64,000 nucleotides of DNA from Minisyncoccota bacterium (GTDB taxonomy: Bacteria; Patescibacteriota; Minisyncoccia; Phycocordibacterales; UBA2100). Shown here piece after piece: positions 9,027 through 19,161 of the stretch (its first letter is position 1; the number at the start of each line of letters is the position of its first letter). The stretch covers positions 267,605-331,604 of the forward strand of contig DATJXE010000003.1 in NCBI GenBank assembly GCA_035500505.1, in the 5' to 3' direction. Below the pieces are notes generated by a model, which had not been told where the DNA came from, ran no database searches, and was given only the letters and a program-made list of their open reading frames with translations. The position numbers and the translations under genes are program-made.

Positions 9027-10706
9027 ATGAGAACCCAATCGTCCCTCGTCGGTTTTTCGCTGGCGCTCCTATTGCCGGCATTCGCGCTCGCGGCACAGAC
9101 CACCGTCTCGCTCGGCGCGGGCTACATCAACCCATCGACGGTCGTCGTGAACGCGGGCGACACGGTGGTGTGGAACAACGTGAGTTCGAGCCAACAGGTG
9201 GTCATCGCCAACAATGGCTCATTCCAAAGCGGTGCGATCGCGCCCGGCGGACAGTTCGCGGCGACCTTCAACACCGGCGGCACCTACAACTACTACGACA
9301 ACGCAACCGGTTCCGCGATCTCGGGAACCGTCATCGTCAGCGGGACGTCCATCGTGCCGCAGCCGACGTACGTGACCACACCGACGCAGTCGGGCGTCAC
9401 GGCCGCATCGCTCGCAGCGGAGGTCCAGGCGCTGATAGCGGAGATAAACGCCATCCAAGGGCAATCTGGCTCAGGCGTCGTCGCGCCGACATCGTCCGGC
9501 GCGTGCCCGCAAATAGGGCGCGTACTCGGCCTCGGCTCTTCCGGAAGCGATGTATCCAGCTTGCAGGCGTTCCTCGCGGCGAATCCCTCGATATATCCCG
9601 AAGGGCAGATCACCGGCTACTACGGTGCCCTCACGCAAGCTGCCGTCCAGCGTTGGCAGGTGACGTATCACATCGTTTCCTCCGGCAGTCCGTCCACGAC
9701 CGGCTACGGACAAGTCGGCCCGCGGACCGCAGCTGCAATGGCGATCGTGTGCGGTGGCGGCACCTACAACGGCGTCGGCCCGAGTACGGGGACTTCCGGC
9801 TCCAACACGGTGAGCGGATTCATCCAGGTTTCCCCGGTCTCCGGAGCTGCGCCGCTCTCGACCAACATCGTCGCCACCGTGAACACGGCGAACGCGTGCG
9901 GCGGCGCGACGTACACGCTCAATTTCGGCGACGGCACCGCGCCGCAGCTCATCCCGACAGCGCCCGGGAACTGTACGCAGCAAAACCAGACCTTCCAGCA
10001 CACGTACCAGTACGGTGGTTCGTACACCGTTACGCTTTCTGCGGGCTCGCACCAGTCGACCGCCGTAGTGACGGTCTCCGGCCCCGGAGGATATTCGACG
10101 GGCACGACGAATTCCTCGCAGCCGACCGGTTCCATCACCGCGCTCATCTCTTCCGGTCCCGCGCCGCTCAACGCGACGTTCTACGTCTCATGCGCTTCCG
10201 GGCTCGCATACGACGTCGTCTTCGGCGACGGCACCGACCTCGGCAGCACCGGCGTGTCGCAATCGAGCTGCAACGGTGGTCTGCAGGGGGTCGCACACAC
10301 CTATTCGAGCAACGGCAGTTATACCGCGCAACTTGAGATATTCGTGCGCAATTCCAACGGGACGGTAACGCCTACCAGCGTCGCGTCGCAGCCCATCATC
10401 GTCGGTTCAGGTTCGTCGGGCTCTTCCGGCTCGAATTCGACCACGTATCAGCCGCCGACCGTGACGCCGAATGTTGGTGGCAACCCGCTTGCGGTCTCGC
10501 TCCAATACGGCTATGACACGAACGGCTGCCAGGTCTCAATACAATGGGGCGACGGCACCGCCATCAACCCGACCGGCTGCTCGACGTTCTCCGGCCAGAC
10601 CCAAACGTACACGCAAACTCATACGTATGCGCAGGCAGGTTCCTACACCATCACGCTGCAACGGGCCTCCCAGACGAACAGCGTCGGTGTTTCCATCACG
10701 AATTGA
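9027..10706 (+). CDS. secreted surface protein: cupredoxin-like N-domain, peptidoglycan-binding domain, PKD-like repeats
   Basis: signal peptide; VNAGDTVVW; GSSGSDVSSLQAFL..TGYYGALTQAAVQRWQ; repeated FGDG..HTY...GSYT. Confidence 0.8.
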   Translation: MRTQSSLVGFSLALLLPAFALAAQTTVSLGAGYINPSTVVVNAGDTVVWNNVSSSQQVVIANNGSFQSGAIAPGGQFAATFNTGGTYNYYDNATGSAISGTVIVSGTSIVPQPTYVTTPTQSGVTAASLAAEVQALIAEINAIQGQSGSGVVAPTSSGACPQIGRVLGLGSSGSDVSSLQAFLAANPSIYPEGQITGYYGALTQAAVQRWQVTYHIVSSGSPSTTGYGQVGPRTAAAMAIVCGGGTYNGVGPSTGTSGSNTVSGFIQVSPVSGAAPLSTNIVATVNTANACGGATYTLNFGDGTAPQLIPTAPGNCTQQNQTFQHTYQYGGSYTVTLSAGSHQSTAVVTVSGPGGYSTGTTNSSQPTGSITALISSGPAPLNATFYVSCASGLAYDVVFGDGTDLGSTGVSQSSCNGGLQGVAHTYSSNGSYTAQLEIFVRNSNGTVTPTSVASQPIIVGSGSSGSSGSNSTTYQPPTVTPNVGGNPLAVSLQYGYDTNGCQVSIQWGDGTAINPTGCSTFSGQTQTYTQTHTYAQAGSYTITLQRASQTNSVGVSITN

Positions 10707-10707
10707 T

Positions 10708-11436
10708 ATGCGAACATTTCGCGTGATCACGGTCTCGTTCGTCGTGCTAGTCGTCCCGCTCGTGGCGTCCGCGCAAAGCACCAACGCCTCCGTTTCCGCG
10801 CTCCTTGCGCAGATAACGGCGCTCCAACAGCAAATAGCCACCCTCACCGGCAGCACGTCTGCGGCGACCTCGGCAGCTTCGACCGGAGGCTCGTACGTTC
10901 CGGCCGCATGCCCGCTTCTTACTCGTTCGCTTTCGCTCGGAGCAAGCGGCGCGGACGTTGCCTCGCTCCAATCGTTCCTCATCGCACAAGGCGACCTGCA
11001 GGCTTCCGCGACCGGCTACTTTGGCACGTTGACGCAGGCGGCCGTTTCGCAGTGGCAACAGCAACATGGCGTGGTCGCCGGGGGCGACCCAACGGCGGTC
11101 GGCCTGGGCGTCGTCGGGCCAAAGACGCGCGCGGCGATACAAACTTCGTGCGCCGGCGCAGGCCAGTCTTCCGTGCAAAACCCTTCGAAAACACAGTGTC
11201 TTCCCGCATCGCCGCCGCAAACGAATTGTTCGACGGGTTGGAAACGCGTGCTCGACTCGGCGGGTTGCACGATGTACTACCAATGCTCGATATCGCTGCC
11301 CACGCCCAGCGCTGCGACATCATCATCGTCCGGAACATCCTGTCCGCTCGTCAACAAGCCGGTGTGTTCAGGAGCGGTGACGCCGTTCCAGACCAACGCG
11401 AACGGCTGCATCGTTTCGTATCAGTGCACCATCTGA
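10708..11436 (+). CDS. secreted peptidoglycan-binding-domain protein with a Cys-rich tail
   Basis: start MRTFRV with signal peptide; LSLGASGADVASLQSFL..TGYFGTLTQAAV. Confidence 0.8.
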   Translation: MRTFRVITVSFVVLVVPLVASAQSTNASVSALLAQITALQQQIATLTGSTSAATSAASTGGSYVPAACPLLTRSLSLGASGADVASLQSFLIAQGDLQASATGYFGTLTQAAVSQWQQQHGVVAGGDPTAVGLGVVGPKTRAAIQTSCAGAGQSSVQNPSKTQCLPASPPQTNCSTGWKRVLDSAGCTMYYQCSISLPTPSAATSSSSGTSCPLVNKPVCSGAVTPFQTNANGCIVSYQCTI

Positions 11437-11438
11437 CC

Positions 11439-13595
11439 TTATTCCGCGTGCAACTCGCTCGCAGTTTCCTCGATGCGCTCGGCGAGCGCTTGGTGCTGCG
11501 AAAGTGCCGGGTCGCGCTCGATGAGCGCCTGCGCTTCCTGCCGTGCCGCTGCGATGAGGCGCGGGTTTTTCAGCGCTTCCATACCGAGGTCGGAAACGCC
11601 CCACTGCGCTCTGCCGAAGAGATCTCCCGCGCCGCGGTTCTCGAGATCGGCTTCTGCGAGCTTGAATCCGTCGTCGGACCTTTCCAGTGTTCGCAAGCGC
11701 TTGAGCGAAATGTCGCTCTTCGATCCGGTGAAGAGAAAGCAGATGGGAGGGTGAGACGAGCGCATGACCCGTCCACGCAATTGGTGTAGCTGCGAAAGGC
11801 CGAACCGCTCGGCGCCTTCGATGATGATGGCGGTCGCGTTCGGCACATTGACGCCGACCTCGACGACGGACGTCGCGACGAGTACGTCGATCGTTCCGGC
11901 GGAAAAGTCGCTCATGACGGCATCTTTTTCCGAAGGCTTCATCGCGCCGTGCAAAAGGCCGACGGTGAACTCCGGGAACACCTCTTTCTTGAGCCGCGCG
12001 CTTTCCGCCTTGGCCGACTTCGCCTGCAGTGCGTTCTGGTTCGCCGGGTCCGGCTCTTCGATGCGCGGGCAAATGACATACGCCTGCCGCCCTTGCTGCA
12101 GTTGCGCTCGCACGGCCTCGTAGGCGCTTTCGCGTCCTTTCGGCTGCACGATCATCGTCCGTATCTTTGCGCGACCGGGCGGCAGTTCGTCGAGCACCGA
12201 AATGTCCAGGTCGCCGTATATCGTGAGTGCGAGCGTGCGGGGGATCGGTGTCGCCGTCATCGATAGAAAGTGCGGCGCGGCGTCGCCTTTGTGCGCAAGT
12301 GCGCGCCGCTGCCGTGTCCCGAAGCGGTGTTGCTCGTCGACGATGGCGTAGGCGAGGTGCTGGAATTTCACGGATCTTTGGATGAGCGCATGCGTGCCGA
12401 GCAGTATCGCTATCTCGCCGTTGCCGACCCACTTTAAAAGCTGCGCGCGTGAAATATCGGTCGCTTTTCCGGGGGAGGATTTTGACGGGAATTTTTTGCA
12501 GCCGGAACCCGTGATGAGCCCGATCTGGATAGGCAGGTCTTTGAAATATTCGATGAACGATTCGAAATGCTGCTGCGCAAGTATTTCCGTCGGCGCCATA
12601 TAGGCGACCTGCAGCGTACCGCTTTCTCGGCCTGGCGGACGCGACGTCACGACCGCGTAGCTCGTCGCCGCGGCGACGAGCGTTTTGCCCGAACCGACGT
12701 CGCCCTCGAGAAGCCGCGCCATCGGATGCCCGCCGTCGAAATCAGCGCAGATATCCTGTATAGCGCGCGTTTGCGCCGAGGTGGGTGGGAAGGGAACCGA
12801 ACTCAAGAAGGTTGTTGCAGCTTGCAGCGCTCCTCGTACGGGGAACGACGGTTGTGCATCGTTTTGCGCGCGATCGAGCGCGCGAGAGATCTGTATCGCG
12901 AATATTTCTTCGAAAGAGAATCGTTTTCGAGCCGCTTCCGCGTGCGGCAAGGTGTCCGGCGTGTGAACGTACCGCAGTGCGGCACCGAGCTCCGGCAGGT
13001 GATAGCGCTCAAGCACCTCGCGCGGGATAGGGTCTTCCATCGAATCCAAAACTCCCGACGTGAGAATGCGCGCGATGGCGTGCCGGAACCACAATGAGGT
13101 CACCCCGCGACTTTCCGGATACACCGCGAAGAATTCCGTTTTGTTCTTGCCCTTCGCTCCCGCCTTGGCGAACATGCCGGCTTCCGTCCGGTCGGCGAGT
13201 TCGACGTGCGGATTCGCCAGGTAAAGTTTCCGGTCCTTGCCGCCGATCTGTCCGACTGCTTTCACGAAGGCGCCTTCTGTGAATTTTTTTGCGAGGTACG
13301 GCTGGTGGAACCACATCACCTTGATCTTGCCGCTCCCATCCTCGATGACCGCCTCACCGATGGGGATCTTGCGCTTCCACGAGCGCCGCGTCTCGAGTTT
13401 TTTGATGGTGCCGTAGATCGTTGCTTCCTGTCCGGGCGCGAGGCCCGCTATGGATTCCTCATTGCCACTCTGGTCGTAGCGCGAGGGGAGATGGTACAGA
13501 AGCTCGGCTATCGTCCCTATGCCGAGCTTCCTGAGCGCGCGCTCCTGTATAGGTGTGAGGCGGAAGTGCCTCGAAAGCGAGTCGTCGGGATGCAT
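11439..13595 (-). CDS. recG: ATP-dependent DNA helicase RecG
   Basis: OB wedge domain, RLLEGDVGSGKT, DEQHRFG, MTATPIPRTL, QLRGRV. Confidence 0.96.
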   Translation of the reverse strand: MHPDDSLSRHFRLTPIQERALRKLGIGTIAELLYHLPSRYDQSGNEESIAGLAPGQEATIYGTIKKLETRRSWKRKIPIGEAVIEDGSGKIKVMWFHQPYLAKKFTEGAFVKAVGQIGGKDRKLYLANPHVELADRTEAGMFAKAGAKGKNKTEFFAVYPESRGVTSLWFRHAIARILTSGVLDSMEDPIPREVLERYHLPELGAALRYVHTPDTLPHAEAARKRFSFEEIFAIQISRALDRAQNDAQPSFPVRGALQAATTFLSSVPFPPTSAQTRAIQDICADFDGGHPMARLLEGDVGSGKTLVAAATSYAVVTSRPPGRESGTLQVAYMAPTEILAQQHFESFIEYFKDLPIQIGLITGSGCKKFPSKSSPGKATDISRAQLLKWVGNGEIAILLGTHALIQRSVKFQHLAYAIVDEQHRFGTRQRRALAHKGDAAPHFLSMTATPIPRTLALTIYGDLDISVLDELPPGRAKIRTMIVQPKGRESAYEAVRAQLQQGRQAYVICPRIEEPDPANQNALQAKSAKAESARLKKEVFPEFTVGLLHGAMKPSEKDAVMSDFSAGTIDVLVATSVVEVGVNVPNATAIIIEGAERFGLSQLHQLRGRVMRSSHPPICFLFTGSKSDISLKRLRTLERSDDGFKLAEADLENRGAGDLFGRAQWGVSDLGMEALKNPRLIAAARQEAQALIERDPALSQHQALAERIEETASELHAE

Positions 13596-13708
13596 AACGG
13601 CATGATACCCGATGTACTATCCACAGTCGCGCGATTTTTCTCTTGCGTCCCGGTATAGCGTCGATACTATAATCGTGTCGATGAATTATTTGTCACACCA
13701 AATAGTAC

Positions 13709-13864
13709 ATGGCATACGACGATAAAAAGAAAAAGCGCCGTTCGGAAGACGACGAAGAGAAGCCCGAGGAGCCGAGCGAAGACGAACTCGAGGAAGAAGA
13801 CGAGGATGACGAAGAAGACGACCTCGCACTCGGCACCCAGGAAGAGGACGATAAGTGGGAATAA
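13709..13864 (+). CDS. 51-aa basic-then-acidic small protein (absent from ORF track)
   Basis: MAYDDKKKKRRSEDDEEKPEEPSEDELEEEDEDDEEDDLALGTQEEDDKWE*; TATAAT at 13668; hairpin downstream. Confidence 0.7.
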   Translation: MAYDDKKKKRRSEDDEEKPEEPSEDELEEEDEDDEEDDLALGTQEEDDKWE

Positions 13865-13936
13865 ATAAGGAGGGGCGCCGCCGCGGCTGACGTGGCGGCG
13901 CTTGCCGTATACTTCCAGCGGCGTATACTCCAGTCC

Positions 13937-14272
13937 ATGCATACGGTCCTGCGCTACCTCGGCACCGTCGCTGCGATACTTCTCACGGTCTACATCGTAC
14001 CGGGCGTGACCATCTCCGGCGGGTGGGTCAACGTGCTTTTGGCCGCACTCGTGTGGTCGGTCATCACGCTCCTCATCCGTCCCGTCCTTTCATTCCTCAC
14101 GCTCCCCATCACCATCCTCACGTTCGGGCTCTCCGCGCTGATACTGAACGCGCTCTTGTTTTGGGCCATGACGCTCATCGTACCGGGATTCGCGGTCGCC
14201 GGTTTCTTCAGCGCCCTCTTGGGTGTCGTCGTTCTCTCGGTGCTCTCGTGGTTCATCCACCTCGTGCTCTAG
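13937..14272 (+). CDS. 4-TM phage-holin-family (YvlD-like) membrane protein
   Basis: IRPVLSFLTLPITILTFGL..LNALLF motif; start follows TATACT-N7. Confidence 0.85.
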   Translation: MHTVLRYLGTVAAILLTVYIVPGVTISGGWVNVLLAALVWSVITLLIRPVLSFLTLPITILTFGLSALILNALLFWAMTLIVPGFAVAGFFSALLGVVVLSVLSWFIHLVL

Positions 14273-14273
14273 G

Positions 14274-15173
14274 TCAGCTCATCAATATCCCGCCGAACAC
14301 CAGAAGCGCGATGGCGGCCGCTTTCCACTGTAATCTCCCGCGCGCGAATTTTTCCTCAACACGCAGGCGCAGCACGTCCTGCGCGAGATAGGTCGCGACG
14401 AATAGCACCAGCGGCTCGAGCGATTGCATCGCGCTCACCTGAGAAACTGCCGCGAAAACCAACGCCTGGGTCCACAAAATGGTGCTGCCGGCATCGAATG
14501 CTTTGCTTATTGCGATGCGCGGGAGGTAGCTGCGCGCGGCGCGTCCCCACAACTGGGATGATTTTCCCTGCAGGAGAACGATGACGAGCAGCATGGCCGT
14601 CATCGCGAGCCCGTAGCTCGCGCAGAAACCGATAGAGCCGATGCCATAGGCGGCGTGCGCATACTTGAAAGCATACCCCTCGATGCCGACATAGAGCGCG
14701 CTGTAGAGGAACATGACCCACACGACGGGCGACCAGGCTTTATTGAAATGGTGTGTCTTGTTGTCTATCGCAAATGCGAACCCGCCGAGAACCATCAAAA
14801 CGATGCCGAATACCTCCTGCCCGGAGAACGACGTGTGCAGCACGTTCGTGTCGATGACCAAGAAGAGGAACGGGGCCAAGTACGACATGGCGCCGATGCC
14901 GAGGACCTCGATGTGCCGCAGAAGGTAGGTATAAAAAAGTGAATTGATGACGCCCGCGACCGCGACAAGAAAGACCACGGGCGCAAAAAGCAACTGTATG
15001 CCGCCCCAGAAGCCGAGGAGTCCGATCAGGGCCGTGAACAAGGAGAAAAAAACGAGGCGCCAGAAGGTCGCCACCATCGAATCGATCTTTCGATTGCTCG
15101 CGATGGCGAATTTATCCACGACACTCTCTCCCGCCGAAGCGATCAAAGAGCCAAGCACATACAGCTGCCACAT
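14274..15173 (-). CDS. EamA/DMT family transporter
   Basis: ~10 TM segments, 299 aa, two-repeat architecture. Confidence 0.75.
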   Translation of the reverse strand: MWQLYVLGSLIASAGESVVDKFAIASNRKIDSMVATFWRLVFFSLFTALIGLLGFWGGIQLLFAPVVFLVAVAGVINSLFYTYLLRHIEVLGIGAMSYLAPFLFLVIDTNVLHTSFSGQEVFGIVLMVLGGFAFAIDNKTHHFNKAWSPVVWVMFLYSALYVGIEGYAFKYAHAAYGIGSIGFCASYGLAMTAMLLVIVLLQGKSSQLWGRAARSYLPRIAISKAFDAGSTILWTQALVFAAVSQVSAMQSLEPLVLFVATYLAQDVLRLRVEEKFARGRLQWKAAAIALLVFGGILMS

Positions 15174-15283
15174 AGGAGCAGTATAAGATATCCACGGCTA
15201 TGGGCCTTCGGATTGTCCCAAAGACCAGCCCGGACGTGTCGGTTGTCATTTCCCACTTTCTGAACTACTATTATCCGACTTAT

Positions 15284-15970
15284 ATGGAACGAAGCACTCA
15301 AATGTGGCTCGTCGGCGGATTCATCGTTGTTGTCGTCGCGGTCGTCGTTATCGCGGCGGTGGCCTCGCAGGGCGCGCAGCCGGGCACGACGTTCGTCGCG
15401 ACCACGGTGCCCGCGATAGACTCGACCGATCACGTGAAAGGCGACACGAACTCGAAGGTTTCCGTCATCGAGTACGGCGATTTTGAGTGTCCGGCGTGCG
15501 GTGAGTGGGAGCCCATCGTCGAGCAGGTCGAGGCCGACTACGGCAACCGCGTCGAGTTCGTCTTCCGCAACTTCCCGCTCTACCAGATCCACCCCAACGC
15601 GAAGATCGCGGCGCAGGCCGCAGAGGCCGCCGGCTTGCAGGGCAAATATTGGGAAATGCACGACCTTCTCTACAAGAACCAGAACAACTGGGTCAACGCC
15701 TCGAATAACAGCGTCGTTTCGCAGTTCTTCGACGGATACGCGCAATCGCTCGGGCTCGACGTGACGAAATTCAACGCCGACATAACCTCTTCCGCCGTCA
15801 TCGCGCGCGTGCAGCGCGACATCGATTCCGGCGACACTGCAAAAATAGACCACACGCCGACCTTCTTCGTGGACCTTGCCCAGATCCAGAATCCGACAGG
15901 CCTGCAGCAATTCGAACAGGTCATCGACCAGGCGCTCGCGTCGTCGAGCGCCGCAACCTCGACCAAATAA
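15284..15970 (+). CDS. dsbA: DsbA-family thiol:disulfide oxidoreductase
   Basis: N-terminal TM anchor, EYGDFECPAC, FRNFPL, HTPTFF. Confidence 0.9.
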   Translation: MERSTQMWLVGGFIVVVVAVVVIAAVASQGAQPGTTFVATTVPAIDSTDHVKGDTNSKVSVIEYGDFECPACGEWEPIVEQVEADYGNRVEFVFRNFPLYQIHPNAKIAAQAAEAAGLQGKYWEMHDLLYKNQNNWVNASNNSVVSQFFDGYAQSLGLDVTKFNADITSSAVIARVQRDIDSGDTAKIDHTPTFFVDLAQIQNPTGLQQFEQVIDQALASSSAATSTK

Positions 15971-15971
15971 C

Positions 15972-16508
15972 ATGTCTGCGTTCGCTTCGACGCTTATCTA
16001 CCTGATGGCGCTCGGCACCGTCCTGCTTGATGCGGCCATCGTCGTAAAGGTGTTCGCGCTTTTCCACCGACCTTCACGCGCGCAGATCGTCCGCGGCGGG
16101 CGCAGCTACGGCCTTCTTGCGATATTCATTCTCTCGGCCCTTTCGATCGCGGGGACGCTTTTCATGCAATATGCGGGCGCCCTCCCGCCCTGCGTTCTGT
16201 GCTGGTGGCAGCGGATCTTCATGTATCCGATCGCCATCATCTCGCTCATCGCGTTCATCAAGAACGCGAAACTATCCGACATCGCCGATTACGTGCTCGC
16301 GCTCTCGTTCCTGGGTGCCTTAGTCGCTTTGTACCAGCACCTCTTGCAGGTGTTGCCGCAAGGCTCGCTCATTCCGTGCGACGCGACGAACGATTGTGCG
16401 GTGCGCAGCGTCTTCTACTTCAACTTCGTCACCATTCCCTGGATGGCTCTCACCGTGTTCGCCGCCGTGTTCTTGATAGCGTTCATCGGGCGAAGATATC
16501 GCTCGTAG
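15972..16508 (+). CDS. dsbB: disulfide bond formation protein DsbB/BdbC
   Basis: PCVLCWWQRIFMYP motif, second Cys pair, adjacent to dsbA. Confidence 0.9.
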   Translation: MSAFASTLIYLMALGTVLLDAAIVVKVFALFHRPSRAQIVRGGRSYGLLAIFILSALSIAGTLFMQYAGALPPCVLCWWQRIFMYPIAIISLIAFIKNAKLSDIADYVLALSFLGALVALYQHLLQVLPQGSLIPCDATNDCAVRSVFYFNFVTIPWMALTVFAAVFLIAFIGRRYRS

Positions 16509-16524
16509 TACAATACGTCTCCAC

Positions 16525-17565
16525 ATGGGGTCGAGGAGGAGATCGGCGTTGTTCGGCGCACTCGCTGTCGCGTTGTTTTTCGTTTCCGGTGCGGCATTGT
16601 ATGCGGCGCAGCAAGGCGCATTGCCGCAAGAGGAGAAGCCCGCATCTTCACAAGGCGCCGGTGCGCCGCCGGGCTCTCTTTCGCTCATCATCGAGCCGCA
16701 GGCGGGAACTGCGCCGCTTCAAGAGATGATAAAAAGCGCATCAAGTTCCATCGACCTTGTGATGTACGAATTCGAGGATAAAAATATTGAACAGCTCCTG
16801 GCGCGGCGCGCGAAAGAGGGAATAGCCGTACGCGTCATTCTCGACAACGGATATTTCGGCGAAGGTTCGAGCATCAACGAACAGGCATTCGATTACCTGC
16901 GTTCGAGTGGCGTCTCCGTTCACTGGTCGCCGGAGTATTTCGCCCTCACGCACCAAAAGACGCTCGTGGTCGACGACAATGAAGCGCTCATCATGACATT
17001 CAACCTCACGCCGAAGTACTACAAGTCGGACAGAGATTTTGGCGTCGTAGACACTGATCTAAATGACGTCGCAGCGATAAAAGAAGCTTTCGATTCCGAT
17101 TGGGACGGGAACGCTATCTCGGCGCACAGCGGCGATGACCTCGTGTGGAGTCCGCATTCGCGTGAGCAACTCCTTGCGCTCATCAACGATGCACGGACGT
17201 CGCTTCAGATCTACAACGAGGAAATGGCGGATGCGGGCGTAGTTGCCGCACTCGAGAGTGCGGCGGCCCGCGGCGTTGATGTCGAGATCGTCATGACGTA
17301 TTCGAGCAACTGGAAGCCTGCGTTCCAAGCTCTGTCGGACGCCGGCGCGCATATCCGCACCTACAAAGCGACGGCGCCGCTCTACATCCATGCGAAGGTC
17401 GTTATCGCCGACGGCGCACAAGCGTTCGTCGGCTCGGAAAATTTCTCTTCCACCTCGCTCGATCAGAACCGGGAATTGGGACTCATCCTTTCCGACCCCG
17501 ACGTCGTTGCCTCTCTGCAACGAACGTTCGAACAAGATCGGCAAAGCGCCGCACCGTTCCAGTAG
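16525..17565 (+). CDS. phospholipase D superfamily protein (two HKD motifs)
   Basis: HQKTLVVD and HAKVVIAD..GSEN; N-terminal signal or TM. Confidence 0.9.
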   Translation: MGSRRRSALFGALAVALFFVSGAALYAAQQGALPQEEKPASSQGAGAPPGSLSLIIEPQAGTAPLQEMIKSASSSIDLVMYEFEDKNIEQLLARRAKEGIAVRVILDNGYFGEGSSINEQAFDYLRSSGVSVHWSPEYFALTHQKTLVVDDNEALIMTFNLTPKYYKSDRDFGVVDTDLNDVAAIKEAFDSDWDGNAISAHSGDDLVWSPHSREQLLALINDARTSLQIYNEEMADAGVVAALESAAARGVDVEIVMTYSSNWKPAFQALSDAGAHIRTYKATAPLYIHAKVVIADGAQAFVGSENFSSTSLDQNRELGLILSDPDVVASLQRTFEQDRQSAAPFQ

Positions 17566-17582
17566 CTGCTACAATATCGGTC

Positions 17583-18650
17583 ATGGCAGCCCCGATATAT
17601 GAAAAACTGCTCGCGCAGCATCTAGAGATATTGGAAAATTTACAGTACGAATCCGGCCTTTTCGCCGCATCGAAAAAGGGCGAGGGAGAGGGCTACGACA
17701 AAGCGTGGCTGCGCGATAATTTCTACGAATGCCTCGCATTTGAGGTCGTAGGCGACTACGAGACCGTACAGAAAACGTATCGCGCCGTTCTCGAAATATT
17801 CAAGAAACACGAATATAAAATAGATTATGCGATATCGAAAAAGCCCGAACATACCCACCAATACATCCATCCGCGCTACAACCCGCAAACATTCGAAGAG
17901 TATTGGGAAGAATGGGGGAACAAGCAGAACGACTCCATCGGCTGCGTCCTCTTTGAGATCGGCGAACTTGAGAAGAAACAAAAAGGACTGATAGTCCAGA
18001 ACGACGACGATCGCCGCGTACTCCAAAAGCTCGTCTGGTATCTCTCGACGCTCGAATACTGGCAGGACCCCGACTCCGGCATGTGGGAAGAGAACGAGGA
18101 GGTGCACGCTTCATCCGTCGGTGCGTGCCTCGCGGGGCTCATTTCCATACGGAACGTCGAAGGCGTCGAGGTGCCGGAAGAACTCATCGAACGCGGCAAG
18201 GTCGCGCTTGCAGCCATCTTGCCTCGCGAGTCGAAGGGAAAATTCGTCGACCTCGCACTCCTATCGCTCATTTGGCCATATCACGTGACCGATGCGGCGC
18301 AAACAAAGATGATACTCGAGCATGTCGAATATCATTTGCTGCGCGAGCGCGGCGTTATCCGCTACAAAGGCGACCGTTACTACAACAAGAACGAGGACGG
18401 CTGGTCGGAAGAGGCCGAGTGGACGTTCGGCCTAAGCTGGCTTTCCATCATTTACGAGAAACTCGGCGACAAAGAAAAGGCCAAGGAATACCTGGAGCAA
18501 GCGAAGGCGACCTCAACGAAACGCGGCCTTCCGGAACTCTACTTCTCGAACTCGACGAAATACAACGACAACACGCCCTTGGGGTGGAGTGAATCGCTTT
18601 TCATCATCGCGCTGCACGACGTGAACGAAAAGCGGATGGGGAAGCGCTAG
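17583..18650 (+). CDS. glycoside hydrolase family 15-like protein
   Basis: AWLRD, DSGMWEE, LPELY, PLGWSES motifs. Confidence 0.8.
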   Translation: MAAPIYEKLLAQHLEILENLQYESGLFAASKKGEGEGYDKAWLRDNFYECLAFEVVGDYETVQKTYRAVLEIFKKHEYKIDYAISKKPEHTHQYIHPRYNPQTFEEYWEEWGNKQNDSIGCVLFEIGELEKKQKGLIVQNDDDRRVLQKLVWYLSTLEYWQDPDSGMWEENEEVHASSVGACLAGLISIRNVEGVEVPEELIERGKVALAAILPRESKGKFVDLALLSLIWPYHVTDAAQTKMILEHVEYHLLRERGVIRYKGDRYYNKNEDGWSEEAEWTFGLSWLSIIYEKLGDKEKAKEYLEQAKATSTKRGLPELYFSNSTKYNDNTPLGWSESLFIIALHDVNEKRMGKR

Positions 18651-19028
18651 CTACTTCACCTGGGAATAGTCGTAGAATACGGCTTCGACGTTGTGGCCGT
18701 CCAGGTCGTGGACGAACGCGGCATAGTAGCCGGGCCAGTAATCCTTGCGATAGCCGGGCTTGCCGTTGTCCTTGCCGCCCGCCTTGAGCGCGGCGTCGTA
18801 GAAAGACTGCACCGCATCCTTGTTTTTGACCGCAAAGGCGACGTGCAGAGGAACAACGCCCTTTTCGTTCGTGCCGATCCAAAAGTCGGTATTTTCACCG
18901 TCGCTGAAGCCCGCGGCCTCGCCGTATTCCATGTTCTGCGTGTAGCCGATGGCGCCGAGGACGGCAGTGTAAAACTTCTTGGACTTTTTGTAATTGCTAA
19001 CCGGGACGCTGGTGTGTGCGATGACCAT
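18651..19028 (-). CDS. VOC/glyoxalase family protein
   Basis: HVAF, GGKDNGKPGYR, YYAAFVHDLDGHNVEAV; start MVIAH. Confidence 0.9.
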   Translation of the reverse strand: MVIAHTSVPVSNYKKSKKFYTAVLGAIGYTQNMEYGEAAGFSDGENTDFWIGTNEKGVVPLHVAFAVKNKDAVQSFYDAALKAGGKDNGKPGYRKDYWPGYYAAFVHDLDGHNVEAVFYDYSQVK

Positions 19029-19111
19029 AGGGATCGATTTGGTGAGGAATAACTTCTTCAGCCTACCGCCGTCATATAAAAGCGCAATGAACATCGGAAT
19101 GGGCACATACG

Positions 19112-19136
19112 ACAACAGACCCCGAAGGGTCTGTTG
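19112..19136. terminator. hairpin terminator
   Basis: CAACAGACCC-CGAA-GGGTCTGTTG. Confidence 0.6.
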
Positions 19137-19161
19137 TGGGAGATATTTTTCAAGTTCGGTG

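Noticed and set aside
13937-14272. Prophage lysis gene
   Set aside because: This holin-like family is commonly chromosomal and no phage genes are nearby.
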